Assembly: GCF_009914755.1 (NCBI RefSeq)
Contig: NC_060927.1
Length of the DNA stretch: 64,000 nucleotides
Reading direction: 5' to 3' (one strand)
DNA from: the human T2T-CHM13v2.0 reference genome, Homo sapiens
Below, piece by piece: positions 30,150 to 44,868 of this stretch. The notes under the pieces are model-generated. The model was not told where the DNA came from. It was given only the letters and a program-made list of their open reading frames with translations, and searched no databases. Numbering within the stretch: position 1 is the stretch's first letter; each line of letters starts with the position of its first letter. The position numbers and the translations under genes were made by a program.

Positions 30150-33100
30150 CCTTGCAGATAAAGCATTTGATAAATATTTTAAATTCTTTCAAACTAAGAA
30201 GTAAACCTCTTTAATTTCATAAGGCATTTCTAGGAAAAACTTGCATCAATTATACTTAATTGTGAAATGTTAACAGCATACACTTCAAGATTGGGAAGAA
30301 GATAAAAAATGTCTATTCAAAGCAAAATTTTATTGCAGGTCCTAGCTGCTGTAATGAAGTGACAGAGAGAAATGAAAGTCATAGAAATTTGAAATAAAGA
30401 AATAAAACTATCACTGTTTTGTGGACAATGAGATGTGTATATAAAAGTTCCCTTTAATTTCATAATTTATGAGATTGAGTTTATCAAGTTGGCTGGTTGA
30501 GGTGTCTTAGTCTGTTTTGTGTTGCTATAACAGAATACCAGGGACTGGGTAATTTATAAAGAAAAGACATTTCTTACAGTTCTAGAGACTAGGAAATCCA
30601 AGGTCAAGGAAACCACATCCGGTGAGGGTCTTCTTGCTGCACATCACCCCATGGCAGAGAGTGGAAGGGCAATGGAAGGTGAGAGAAAGAAGGCAAGAGG
30701 GAACTGTTCTCACTTTTGTTAACAAGCCCACTCTTGCAATACTTGCAAGCCCACTTTCTTGGTAACACTAATCCATTCATGAAGGCAGAGCCCTTATGTC
30801 CTAGTTACTTTTTATTAGGCCCCACCTCCCAACACTGTTGCATTGTGTAGTAAGTTTCCTACACATGAACTTTGGGGAAACATTCAAACCATAACACAAA
30901 GTTAATATACAAAAGTCAACTGTGTTTCAATTTAATAAATTTAGAAAATAAAAATTTAAAACAGCTCTCATATTATTGAGTGAAAGACACAAATACATAC
31001 TAATGAGTCCATATATATAAAGCTCAAAAGCAGGTGAAACAATACCGCCGTGTTAACACTACCGTACTTAAGTTTGAGGAGGAGGGAATGATAGAGGTTT
31101 AGCAGGGACATGAGGTGGACTTTTGACTTGGGTAGCTGTTCAATGTTATATATATGGGAAAACATGTGTTGTGCACTTTTCTACATGTGTATATTCTTCA
31201 CAATATTTTAAATAAATAAAGCAAGCAACTATGTATTAGCAGATAGAAAAATGATAAAGTAATAGATCTAATACCTGGTTATTTAAAATAAATAAATAGA
31301 TAAACTTCTGGCTGATTTAAAGCAGAATAAAAAGTGAAAAAGTCAATTACATAAAATAGGAAAATATAATTTACGGGTAACTAAAGAACCAAGGACAGTA
31401 AAAGCTTATCAGTATACTTATTTGTTCAAATATATGCAAAACAAATACCTGGAATTAAATAAAATTCTAAAAATATAAATGAACACAATTTAGAGTAGAG
31501 ATAATATTATCTGAACAAACCAATTAGCACAGAAGAAATATAGACAGTTTCCTGGCTGTACCCTTTTCTACCCCCAGAAAGCCCATTCCTAGATTGTTTC
31601 ACAGGTCAGTTCTACTAAGTCTTTAAAGAACATAAGCCTCCAACTCTGCTTACATTTTATACAGGAGCATAAAAAGTAAGTTAAATACTCTTCTTTTTAA
31701 AGCTAGAATAATACCAAGCCCTGACAAAGACTGCCCACATGAGCACACACAAAATAAAATGTATCTCACTTATATCCATGTGAAATTCCTAAATATTGCC
31801 AAACAGAACCTAAAAGCACACTAAAAAAAATCCATGATACATTCATTTCAGAAATTTAAGATTCATTCAAATCAAGAAATGTATTAATATATTTAGTTAT
31901 ATATTGACCAAACACTTCCACTTCTTTTCCAGGTTACATGGTAGAATTATTTGACCTCTTCTTCGGTTCTCTGTGGCCATGTGATTTGCACTGGTGAATA
32001 AAATGTTAGCTAAAGTCATGTGTATTATTTCCAAGTGGAAAGTTTAAAAGTCAGTGGCTGACCTACCATGTTCCCTTTCTCTCCACCACAGACAGCATCT
32101 CTCAAAATGCCAGATGATGGCTGCTCTATGAGCCTGGCTCTGGGAGGAAGGAAAGTATGGAATTCCACTGACATGGAGTATGAGCCAGAAATAAACCATG
32201 TTGTTTAAAGCTACTGAGATTTTAAGGTTATTAGTTACTGAAGCACAAACTAGCCTATAACGACTGATATGATACTAAAAAAAAGAGAAAAAAGTCACAT
32301 TATCTTTATAGATATCGAAAAGATCTGATAAAATTCCATTTCCATTTTGGTACAATCATTCCCAGTCTTAATAAAAATTTTTAGTAAAATAGAAATAGAT
32401 GAATACTTAACAAGTTAAAACACGTATATCTTAATCCAAAAGTGAGCATTGTGCTTAATGGGAAAACACTAAAATTGCTTCCATTAACACCAAGAGCAAA
32501 TTCCTTTTTCATCATATTAAAAAAATGATCTGGATAAGAGAAATGTTATTTAAAACTTGGATATGAAAATGTAAATTTTTTTACAGATGACAGAACGGGT
32601 TTATTATTTATAGTAGTTTTAGTGATTCTCTTGGATTCTTCAGGTAAATTCACTATTGGTTTGGGTACAAAATATGTATATTCATATATTTTATGAATAC
32701 AATGAACATATAATGAACAATGACAAAAAGCTAAAACTTAACAAGGTATAAAAACTATATTCAAATAAAGCATTATTGAGGGTCATAAAGTACTACTGAA
32801 GATCATGAACACATGAAAAGATACACTATGTTTTAGAAAAGATAATTTAACATCATAGAGATGTCAATTCTTCCTAATCTAAAAACCTATAAACCTAACA
32901 TTATTCAAACAAGTGTCAACACTATTTTTTAACTAGACAAGATGAGTCTAAAATAAATAATATAGAAAAATAAATGAGCAAGTGTACAGGAAAATTCTCA
33001 AATAAATATGAGAGATTGCTCCTATAAAATACTAAAACATTATCAAGTCACAATAATAAAAATGATGAAAAAATTACAAATAAAAAATTCTTCACAGAAA

Positions 33101-33830
33101 AGCTAAACCATAAACAAAGTCAAATGACAGCTAATTGAAAAAAAATTTGCAATTTTTATCAAGGACAAGTGAAAAATGTACTTACTAAAGATCATCAGGA
33201 ACCCAGTTAAAAAAAAAAGATGAATAAAAAAAAGATGAATAACCCACAGGAGAAATTGGAAAGGGATTAAACACTTTACAGAAAAGGAAACAAATAGTTT
33301 TTACATATATGGTAGCCATGAAAAAGTTTGTTAACACCATAATGGTTGAAAAACTTGGATTACAATGGAATGAGGATGTGGGGAAACAAATATCGCTAGT
33401 GGGTTATTTGTAAATGTACATACACTTCAACTAAGTAATATTTTGAATGACATCTGTATAATAACTGCAATGTCTTCATTATAGCCAAAGATGAAAAAAC
33501 AATGTGTTCATTAATATGACTTAAACTATATTGATCAATGAAATATTATGAAACTGTCAAAAATGATCAAGAAGCCCTATACGTATTGATATCATGAAAT
33601 GATTTCCTAAATATCACATAGTGAAAAAGGTACAAAACAATATGTATAAAATACTTGCATTTCTGTAGCCCACCAATATATAAATATAGGTATACACATT
33701 TATGTATTGCATTATCTCTTTAAGAATACATAAGAAATCTGGTCAAAAAAATTAGTGATTCTGTGGAGGGTAACTAGATTGCTGAGAGAGGGATGAAAGG
33801 GAAATAACTGTCATGTATCATCCTTTTTCT
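30150..33830 (+). mobile_element. Fragmented ancient L1 (L1ME-like) with nested MST (~30503-30896) and MLT1 (~31905-32270) LTRs
   Basis: A-rich decayed ORF2 motifs (AGATGTCAATTCTTCCTAA; ATACCAAGCCCTGACAAAGAC) and LTR termini TGTCTTAGTCTGTTTTG...AAACCATAACA. Confidence 0.6.
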
Positions 33831-33834
33831 GTAT

Positions 33835-34314
33835 TAAAAATTAAGACTTACAAATTTTAGTAAAGTTTTAGATTTTGAGAAGATAGTTCTCACACTATCT
33901 TCACACGGAAGATAGTTCCGTGTGTCCATTGAGTCCCCTGGCACCCCTATTATTTACATCTTGGATTACTGACACATTTATTATAATTAACGAACCAGTA
34001 TTAATACATTAACCATAGTCTACAGTGTAAAGTTCATTTTGTATTACACAGTTCTATATGAATTTTGACAAAATGAATGTCATGTACCCACCATTATAGT
34101 ATTATACAGAATAGTTTCACTGCCCTAAAATGCTCCATTTATTTTTTGCTCCGCTCTTTCATTCTTTCAAGTGTTCTATAGTTTTGACTTTTCCAGAATG
34201 TCATATAGTTGTAATAATGTGTGCAGCCTTTTCAGACTGGCTTTTCATTTAGCAATATGCATTTAAATTTCCTCCATGTCTTCATAGCTCATTTATTTTT
34301 AGCATTGAATATTC
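33835..34314 (-). mobile_element. L1MC-like 3' end
   Basis: ATACAGAATAGTTTCACTGCCCTAAAA and TTTTCCAGAATGTCATATAGTTG. Confidence 0.7.
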
Positions 34315-35118
<804 letters not shown>

Positions 35119-35673
35119 TAAAGAACTTCTCCTTGGTGATGACTCTGGCTTTCTCCTTGAAGACACTGATATGCACATTACTGGTCCTGTCAGCTGGGTT
35201 GCCAATTTGAGTTCAGCAGAGCTGTCTTCCTTCGTGGGGTCCAAGGGCTTCCTGGGGAAGCGGATGAGCTTGTAGCAGTACTCCTTCAACTGGAGTTGCT
35301 GGCATTTCAGGACTCACCCGACTTGTTCTAATGTCTCCTTGGATCCACAGATACCAAAGGTCCGGGTCACCGTGTGGATGCTGGCCACCTTAACTCTTCT
35401 AAGCTGAAGCTTCTGCTAGCTTATACTTTGGTGTGATATCTCCCTGTGGGACATCCTACTATGGGCTAGATGGGTCCAGATGCAGGATGATAGGCAATGG
35501 TGGTGTGCTTTTGCTTGCTGGGTCTTGCATCTGTGGATCTTTTGGGTCAGCTGGCTGAACCAAACTGCTACTGCCACTTCTTGTGGAAGTGAGGCATCAG
35601 GATCATGCCATTCTGGCAGGGTGCCATAGCTGCATATGGTTCTCCTCCGAAGGAGAACGGTTGGCTGGAAAGG
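35119..35673 (-). pseudogene. RPL13P8: Processed pseudogene of ribosomal protein L13 (eL13), 3'-truncated; probably the locus named RPL13P8
   Basis: TOP-like CCTTTCC 5' end and ATG at 35627 give MAPCQNGMILMPHFHKKWQ* (RPL13: [20 protein letters not shown]). Later [37 protein letters not shown] and KEKARVIT. Intronless, with stops and frameshifts. The pseudogene number is from memory. Confidence 0.88.
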
Positions 35674-37438
35674 CTCTCAACAGTTTTAAATTCCCAAGCT
35701 AGTTCACATGTCATCTAGTAATTCGACAAAATTACAATTTAAGTGTTCCTACCAGAGCTTCAGATAAGTTGATCCATACTTCAACTGTATTCTCTACAGT
35801 TTTCAGAATGATGATTTGTCCTGTGACCTCAATTCTCTGGTGGATCTAAAAGAAGCCACTGATTTTTCAGTTTGTTCAGCTTTTTTTCTTGAGAGAGTGA
35901 GAGACAAGTTCTTTGCATGTTAAAACAGAAAGTGCATGTATCTTTTAATTTTTGAATTTTGTACCACGTGCTCATATTCTATCTCTTACTCTCCTCTGGC
36001 CCCCCACTTTCCTAAATAGAGAATCACACTTACAGTTGGTAAAATTAAGGTGATACTATCGTTTGTAGAATGGGAAAGATTTAAAAGAGGCATAAAGAAA
36101 TAAATTTGATTAGTATGTAATGACCACAGAACTAACCTTACAAAGAAACATAGCCTCTGAAAATATTAGCAGTATGATCATAAGTTGGGTGGATCATATC
36201 CACCCAGGCAACATGGCAAACAAAATATGCTCCTTGGATCGACCTACAACATCAATAATCCAAGTCTCTTATTCAGTAGCTCAGGGATAGCAGCAATTCA
36301 AGTCATGGCTTCAGTCAGTCTAATCTGAAGGGTATTTGCATGAAATGTCATTCAGACTAAATGGCTCAGGGTGACCTTGCTTATTGTTCTCTCAAAGTGT
36401 TTTTACACAGCCAGCTTCAAATATTTATTATTGAGTTCTCTCTCCTCTGGATTCTGTACAAATTCCCAAGATTCTTGTAACCCTTCCTTGATATTATAAT
36501 TAAAGGTTTGTATTTTCATTATCTCTGTAAACACAACACATACATCTCTACTTTAAGGTAGATAACACTAAATGTCTTTGGACTTTTAAAAAAGAGCCTA
36601 CTACAAAAATGGTATTTCTAAATAGAAATACTAACATAGATTAGGAAAACTTTTAAATCTGTCAAAAGAGCTGGGAACATAATGGGATCCAAGTCCTAGA
36701 CATATTGTTTTACCACTAAAATTTGGCAAACTTTTCTTAACTACATCTTTTCCTCATAATCTCCTCCAGGAAATTAAAGAAGTAACAATGTACAACCTCA
36801 CAATGAATTTTGTAGGTACAGTCATTAATTAGAAACTACTATGATACCTAAGGCTAATCTGAAGTATGAAAAATGCTTCTTTCAAAAAGAGATGTTAATT
36901 TACCACTGCTTATAATTGATATCTAATATAAATAAGTTAGTCTGAGCAACCCAGACTAGTCTAGTCAATAAAAGTGTTACTCTTGGGGTGTAGACAATAA
37001 TTTAAAGATTTAACCCCTAATCTCTCCATCCTCTACTACTCTCGAAAATAACAGAGAATCTTTACCGTTCATTTTACTTTCTCAATTGGCCAAAGGTTTG
37101 ATGAAGAGAAAGAGGAAACCAAGGACAAAGGACATAAAACTTTTTACTTCGTTCCATCTCCAAAAGGGAGATAAACCATTATTGAAAATCTACTAAAAGC
37201 CATGAGCTTTATTTGTATTTTTTCTAACAAGTATGTGTTATTCTCATTTTACAGAAGAATAAAACATTAAATAAAAACTTTCCTTAGGTAGAGCCAGAAC
37301 TCAAATCTAGATGCGGTTACCAAACCAATGTTTTAAAACATGGTTTTAAAAAGTTAAAGTAACATTGTACTTCTAGAAACCAAAAAAGTCAATTATAATT
37401 TCATTATGCAGAGGTTACCACTGTTCACTGTTTCTAAT

Positions 37439-37440
<2 letters not shown>

Positions 37441-37469
<29 letters not shown>
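37441..37469 (+). repeat. (CA)n microsatellite
   Basis: Read directly. Confidence 0.85.
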
Positions 37470-38847
37470 AACAAATCTTAAAGATATTCAGGTATCTGAA
37501 TCATTGTTTACAAATAGTTTGGTTTACTTTTTTTCACTTAACACACCAAAAATCTCTTCCCAATACCTATTATATATTTCAGTAACTTTTCAAAAAGGAT
37601 GCATGATATTTTACTCCATGACTGTACCTTATACTGATTAACCAATCTCCTATTACTGTATAAATTGTTTCCAATTTTGTGCCATAATATTACTGTACAT
37701 AAATCTTAGTGCACAACCTTATTTCTTTCAGATAAATTGCTAGAAGTGAAGCTTCTGTGTGTTCCATAACAACACATACTAATTTAAAAGTCATATCAGT
37801 TTGTGTTTGAATCATGGGACTTCTTTTCTGAGAATGCATCTTTTTTCACATCATTTTTACACACAAAGGGGTTGGGATCACTGTTCTTTCAGAATTCTCT
37901 CAGCTCTAAAATGCTGATTAACTGTGGGTATTACACAAATTAGTATGGAGTAGTTGATAGTAGCCTTTACTTTCAGTTAAAATGAAAACCCTGCCTAATT
38001 GAAGATGAACAGTGCTGTCTTTTGCTAGGGCTAATCATAAGCCTTTTTATTTGAAGTTTGAGAAAAGCATAACACTACTCTAATACATTATATCTTTTGG
38101 CTCTTTGAGATAAGTGAGATGAAATATGATACTTAGAATAACAGTGAAGATAATGTAATGGAGAGGCAAAATCATGTTCATTACTAAATCCCTGCCAAAT
38201 GCTCAGCTACTTACTGGAAAATTAGTTTTTAATAACATAATGAAAGTGAAAGCCAATCCACTCTGTTGACTTTGAAAATGTCACTCTCTAATGTAGTAGT
38301 GGACAGAATGTAAAAAGTCCTTTGCTATGTATCCTGGGATTATCCATCATATTTTGAGATATCGAGAGAATATAGATACTGGGTCCTTAGGAAATAGACA
38401 ACTAAAATGTTATATTTAGTTGGAAGGAAAGAAGCTTACTCCTTCTTGCATTTATGAAGGGATACTTGTAGCTCAATGTGCAAAAAAAGGTGAGTTTTAA
38501 GAGTTATACCTCTTATTCATGGTTATGTGATAATAAAGTTTTTTCTGGGGTAGTTTTGAAATATTTAAATGAACACAAGTATAAACCAAACGGGACTCAC
38601 AGAGGTCTTCGATGACAGGAAGAAAGTCAGTTCGCTGCAAAATGCTTAACTCAGTGAGACTGTGTAAGGTTTCAAAGTGATTTGCATGTTGAAAATAAAC
38701 CATGATTTTTTGAGTTCACAATGTTCCCTCTCAATTTATGGAGTACAGAGGTATATAATTTCAAGGACTTATCATGCTCATTATTCACAACATAAAAAAT
38801 CAATGAAACATCTGCCTTTAAAAAAATAGGCCATATATATATATATA

Positions 38848-39050
38848 TGTCTGAGGTGTAGCGGTGCAATCACAGCTCACTACACTGCAGCCCGAGGGAC
38901 ATGTCACCACACCTAACTAATTTTTTTTTATTTTTTGTGGAGACGTGTGTCACTTTGTTGCCCAGGCTGGTCTGGAACCCCTGCCTCAAATGATCTGCCT
39001 GCCTAGGCTTCCAAAATTATGGGACTACAGGCATGAGCAGTGACCAAGTT
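38848..39050 (-). mobile_element. Degenerate, internally deleted AluJ/FLAM
   Basis: GTTGCCCAGGCTGGTCTGGAACCCCTG...GGGACTACAGGCATGAGC. Confidence 0.7.
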
Positions 39051-39544
39051 TTAATTTTTAAAAGTTAATTATCTAGAATGTAAACTTAGTGAAGGCTGGA
39101 AATGTACAATTATTTTCTTAATCCAAAATACTTTATTATGGGTAATACTCATTTAATATTTATTGGTAATCACTGAGAGCCAAGGTAAAGTGATGATCCA
39201 AATGAATTGAATGTCATGATTTAAATAGGCAATTCTCAAATTAGGGGGTTTGGGTAGAAAAATAATATCAAAAAGTTCTTGTAGTTAAAAAAAAATCAAT
39301 ATGCTTAACATGCCTATTTATTTTCTTAAACTACAGAAAGCAAATCTCACATGCTTTGCTTGTAAGAATATGCAAAAAAAGTAAATGCTGTATTAACTGA
39401 AAAACTCTAAGTACTATATTTTAATTTCGTGAATGATATGGGTGATGTCATATAGACTGCTATTTTCAGTACATTATAAAATTACCAAAATGTTCAATTT
39501 TCTACCTTTAAAAAGTAGGAAAATATCCACTTGGCAACCAACCA

Positions 39545-40360
39545 TCAAATTAATAACTGATTCAAGTAAGAATTATCAACAATACTAAAAGTAGCAGATG
39601 CAAGTTGGAAGAGAAACAGCCTATATGCAGTATCTGCCCACAAATTACTTATTATTTCCAAAAGGAAAAACAGGAGTGTTACACTGAAGAAACTACTTTG
39701 TATTGGTGCATGCAAAGAGGTGAACATACTGATGTTGACAGCCAGAGTCTTTCCATGTAATTGCTTAAAGCAAAAATTATCACATGGTTTTGAAGGTTAG
39801 CTACATAAGCAGAGGTAATGCACATGTCAACTATAGCATGAAGGATGAGAAGAGGACAGATGGACCTATATAGTTGCAAGGTTTCTACATTTTAAGTTAA
39901 GTGGTACAATATTAACTCTAAGTGGATTGTTAAAGGACTTATTTTGTCAAAATTGATAAAAAAGCAAGACCCAATTCTATTTGTTTACAAGTCATGAATT
40001 TTACATATAAACATAACAGGTTAAAAGTAAACTGATAGAAAAAGATATATCAGGCCAACAGAAAACATAATAAGGACTAAGTGGCTATGTTATTATCAAA
40101 TAAAATAGACCTCAAGATAAAGATTACCAAACATAAAAAGACATTTCTTAATAAGTAAATGTAACATCTAATAGCAAAGTTTTGACTAGTTTTGTTACTA
40201 AAGTTTGAATGGAACACAGCCATGACTAATCATTTATGTATTGTCTATGGCTGCTTCTGTGCTGCAATAGCAGGGTTGAGTTGTTGTGACAGAAACTATG
40301 TTCCAGAAAGCCTAAAATATTTACTATCTGCCCCTTTACAGAAAATGTTTGCTAAATCTT
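39545..40360. mobile_element. L1M fragment followed by a partial MER58
   Basis: L1 endonuclease-region remnants, then GGAACACAGCCAT...TTTACTATCTGCCCCTTTACAGAAAATGTTTGC. Confidence 0.6.
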
Positions 40361-41162
40361 GCAAAGGATTAAGTCACAAACAGGACACATGGCTGGTACG
40401 ATGGTATATATGCCAAAAGCAAAGTTGTAAATATAGTTCATAACTATTTGAAGGCAGGAAAAGAATCAAATTACAGTAAGACTTTGAGTTTTAGGAAATA
40501 TAACTTGATAAGTACCTGTAACATATGAATGAATGACCAAAGGTAGAAGTAGAAATTCAAACATATTTTCATTTAACTGACAGTGCTAACTCATGACAGA
40601 ATCTCTTTTTATTCTTAAGTAACTAGTCCTTATAATATATAAGTAAATAGACCCAAATGGACACTGACCTGATAATTTCCTAAGACACAGCATACAGTTT
40701 CATTCTTTTTTTCCTGACATTAAATTAATGAACAATTTAATATAAACTTTAACCAACCAAATTTTATGAGATGTGTCTATTTGTTCAAGTGGCAAGTGTA
40801 AATAGTAACGGAACTGTGTTAATGTATACTTTGGAGACAAACTCTCCCCAGCAAAATTTTAAGAGGATGCGAGTAATCCTAATATAATGATGCACTTCCT
40901 AAGTTTTGTTTTTTCCATTAGGAAATGGACATGCATACACACATACAAAACCCTGACTATGGTGGTGGTTCAAATTTGATTAAATTTTTTTTTTTAGAAA
41001 AAAAATATTTACACACACTTTTGCTTTTTTAATATGAGGTACACAGTCCAACAAGAAAAAAAAAGTAACTGATATAGTAAAGGCACTCAGAAAAACAACA
41101 GAAACAATATGAAAGGTGTTACAAGAGACAGAAAGAGATGAAGGATGATGATTAGTACTCAC

Positions 41163-41192
41163 CTTCTTCAAAGCTGCAGTACGGACTTTCCT
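41163..41192 (-). other. Candidate non-coding 5' exon (30 nt if internal, ~60 nt if a first exon), possibly of MYH15
   Basis: Consensus donor GAAG|GTGAGTA at 41163. Pyrimidine tract and AG (tttctaatcttctctccctaaag|) at 41193. TATA-like TATATAT and TATAAATA at 41253-41280. Confidence 0.45.
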
Positions 41193-41614
41193 CTTTAGGG
41201 AGAGAAGATTAGAAATAAACAGGTTAAAATTACATTAAGAAAGGGCTACTACATATATATAATGGGGTAATTATTTATATAGATCTTTAAGAAAAGGCAA
41301 ATTGAGTTCTTTAAACACATACTTGTGAGAATGGGACAGATCTGCATTATCTAACAGGATGGTTATCAAAATTAAATTTAATAAAATCAAAAATTTAGTT
41401 TTTTCAGTTGCAAAGGCCAAATTTCAAGTGCTCAATGGCCACTTTTAGCCACTGGCTATGGGACTGGACATCATAGAACACTGTCATTATCACAGAAAAT
41501 TGTATAGGGTAGCACTAGGCTAGGCTGTCTCAAGATGTCTAAATTGGAAAGATAAATTGATTTTCCCTAGAATTTTTGGTTCATTCATTCATTTCTTTCT
41601 TTAACGTTTTGTCT

Positions 41615-42900
41615 CTTTTATTTTATAGACCCTTTTATTCTTCAGTCTTATCTATCCACTTAAACTTTTTCATATTTGGTTGAAAATGCATGCAATTTCA
41701 AAAGAGAAACAGAATGTATCTCCTCTATAGAACAAATAGTAATTTAAAATGTTTTACTCTGCATAATATTTTTTAAAAAATTTCCAGAACTGTACAAATC
41801 TAAATTCACTTAAATCAAACAGACATATGGTGAAGAAAACACCAAGTAAAATTAATGACTGTATTGGTATAGCAATAAAATCAATCAAAATATTGATGTA
41901 AAAACGTTTCTTACAGAGTAGTTAGAGGATATGATTCAAATGAAAAGTACAGAAGGACCCTTGTATTTTAAAAAAAATAAAGATATTTAACCTATGCTTT
42001 AAAATTAAATGAACCAATTAAAAACTATTAGGACAACAAATTAAATACAATTCATATCAGAATTAACAGTAAATAATATTTTTCTGAATATGCAGCAAGA
42101 GTAGAATCCAAATTATCCTTATGTAAATCATAAGAAACTTATAATTAATTATAGATGATCTGGACCACTATGCAACATTTGAAAAAAGAGAAAAAAACAC
42201 TAAATATACCTTACAAATAATTCTACAAGTTCTTAGATTTTTTATGAGACAGCTATTGTGTTAAATGTAATCATTTAAATGTAATAGTTTAACACAATGA
42301 CAGTTTTCTAATTTTTATACATTTTATTACCATTGCATTTTTTTCAAATTTAGAAATTATGCTACAGCAGTATAAAAATTATTTTAAATTCACTAATATT
42401 TTCTTTTGTGCTTCTTCAGAGACAAACTTCTCTAGCAGTAAAATCATACCTTCTCTCTTTTTACTTTACTTTTTACTTTTACTCTCTCTATATTTTTATT
42501 TTGTAATCTTTAGGACTGTTATACCAAGAAAGTTTGGTCTTAAGATCTAAATAATCACAAATGAGAATAAATAAGACAGGCAAAACAGAATAGAAAGCAA
42601 CTAAGAAAAAGGAAAGAACCTTAGAAAAATGATAATGGAGGTTAAAAATGATTTTCTAATGTAAGAACCAAAGAAAACCTTAAGCCATAAAAGCCAGAAA
42701 CAAAAAGTAAAACTTAGAAAATTAAATTTCTATTCAAACTATCAAATAAAAAACATGCAACAGATCAGGGTCTTTACTAAATTAGATAATAACTTCTTAT
42801 TGTTACGAAGTCACAAATTAACTCCCCTACCCACCCCCCCTCCAATAGATAAATACATCAAAAATATCATGAGATTACAAATTCCAAAATGCCATAATGT
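41615..42900 (-). other. CIP2A: CIP2A 3'UTR (AU-rich, ~1.3 kb; 3' end inferred)
   Basis: Follows the stop codon, largely free of recognisable repeats, ends at tandem AATAAA hexamers. Confidence 0.65.
41617..41639 (-). terminator. Tandem AATAAA polyadenylation signals (41639-41634 and 41622-41617)
   Basis: Two TTTATT on the + strand ~1.27 kb past the CIP2A stop. More proximal AATAAA hexamers near 42325 and 42497 may be alternatives. Confidence 0.55.
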
Positions 42901-43071
<171 letters not shown>

Positions 43072-43985
43072 CTAAGGAATTGGGGTTGGGGGAGGAGGAA
43101 GAATTGAGAAGAAAAATAACTTTAATGTTTTCTCTATACATATATTTTAAGATGCTTTTATTTTTTATTGTACAACAACCATTTCAAGACATACTATAAA
43201 TATTATACTTCAGTTAATTCAATTACATGGTAAGTTTAAAATGAATAATCATTAAACAATATAATACAAATTGAGAATACACTTTCAACTTGTCTTAAGT
43301 TAATGCCAGCAGCTGAAATTTTGCAGAAAATACTACACACTACATATTAAAATTACTAATAAGATAATCACATTAAAGCAGAACCAGAAAAACTGTAAAT
43401 GTGGTACTAAATTTTATGCCTCTTCTGTTACTCAGTAGTAGTAGTAGATCAGTCTTTAATCCTAGTCTGTTCTCATCTTCCTGGTAGTAAACGGGCCAGA
43501 AAGTACAATTCATAGCTACCACTCAAGCTATGCAACCATGGTAATATAGAAAGAACCCCGGACTCAGATTCAGAATATATACCTATTGATTCACTTATTA
43601 GCTGTGTGACTTTAGTAAGTAACCTCAGACTCAGTTTCTTCAGTTGTAAGTTGAAAATATTTATTAACACATTATATAATATTTGTTAAAGTGAAAATTA
43701 TACAGCTACCTATATATGACATCAAGTACTGGTAACCCCTTTCTGTATTCTTTGCACACTTGAAAATACCAGGTGCTGACACAAAGTATCTGTTTAATAA
43801 CTGCTTAACTATTTTAGAAAATACATTATGAAAACCTCATAACAAATGATACTCAAGCTGCTTTGAGATCCTAATATCTTCTAAAAAATTTGCTGAAGAA
43901 ACAGTACATTCCTTTATCCATATTCACCCTTTTCACAACAGACTTTTTTATTTTACTGCAAATGAGAAATGGAACAGATTCTTAC

Positions 43986-44125
43986 CTTAATGCTCAACTC
44001 TTTTCTTATCTGTTCTGTTCTGCTTAATTCTTTTCTAAGGATATCAATGGTTTCTTCCTTATCTTCCCTTTCCTTTTGTAAGGTTTTAATCTTTTCTTCT
44101 TGTACTTTTGTTTTTTGATGCAAAT
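43986..44125 (-). CDS. CIP2A: CIP2A exon 20: (N)[10 protein letters not shown]...IRKELSIK, coiled coil
   Basis: ttttaag|AT acceptor, AAG|GTAAGA donor, 140 nt, phase-consistent with neighbours. Confidence 0.95.
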
Positions 44126-44561
44126 CTTAAAAGAAAAAAAAGTCAAGTATTATACTCAGAGGTCTTACACTGACTACTCTGAAATGGTCTAGTAGCTACT
44201 GTAAGAGCAAAAGAGAAATAACTAGAACAAGGAAGAGAAACTTCTCTTATGACAGTATTCTATAGAAAATACCAAATCTCCATGTCTTTCTTCCATCCTC
44301 TGTTCTAAATATAATATGCTATATAGGTAAAGGACAATTCTCAAAAGTGTAAGGGTTAGAAAAGGGAGAGCTACAACTATGAAAAATTATATAGGTAGGT
44401 GCCTGCGCTCTAAGGCAAGTGAGAACAAAAATGTTTTTCAGGATCATTTCAAATATACCATTAAGAAGCTAGTAACTAAAAGTTACCTAATACTGCCACC
44501 TGCTGTTACGTTCCTTCAACATTTTTTTATTTTGAAAAGGGCAATCCATAATCCTATGTGA

Positions 44562-44850
44562 TTTAACGAAGGAACAGAAAACCAAATACTCCAAGTTTTC
44601 ACTTCTAAGTGGGAACTAAACATTGAGTACACACAGACTTAAAGATGGAACCAATAGACACTGCAGACTAGAGTTGGCAGGAGGTTGAAAATTACCTATT
44701 GCTACCTATTTGGTACTATGCTTACTACCTGGGTGATGAGATCCATACCCCAAACATCCGTGTCATGCAATATACCCAGTGTAACAGACCTGCACACATG
44801 CCCCCTGATTCTAAAAGTTGAAATAATAAAAAAATTAAATTAAATTAAAT
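44562..44850 (+). mobile_element. L1PB/L1MA 3' end
   Basis: AGTGGGAACTAAACATTGAGTACAC...ACTACCTGGGTGATG...GTAACAGACCTGCACA. Confidence 0.75.
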
Positions 44851-44868
44851 GGTCAATCATCTCTTTCC

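Noticed and set aside
37327-37352. Palindrome TGTTTTAAAACA
   Set aside because: Short low-complexity palindrome expected by chance.
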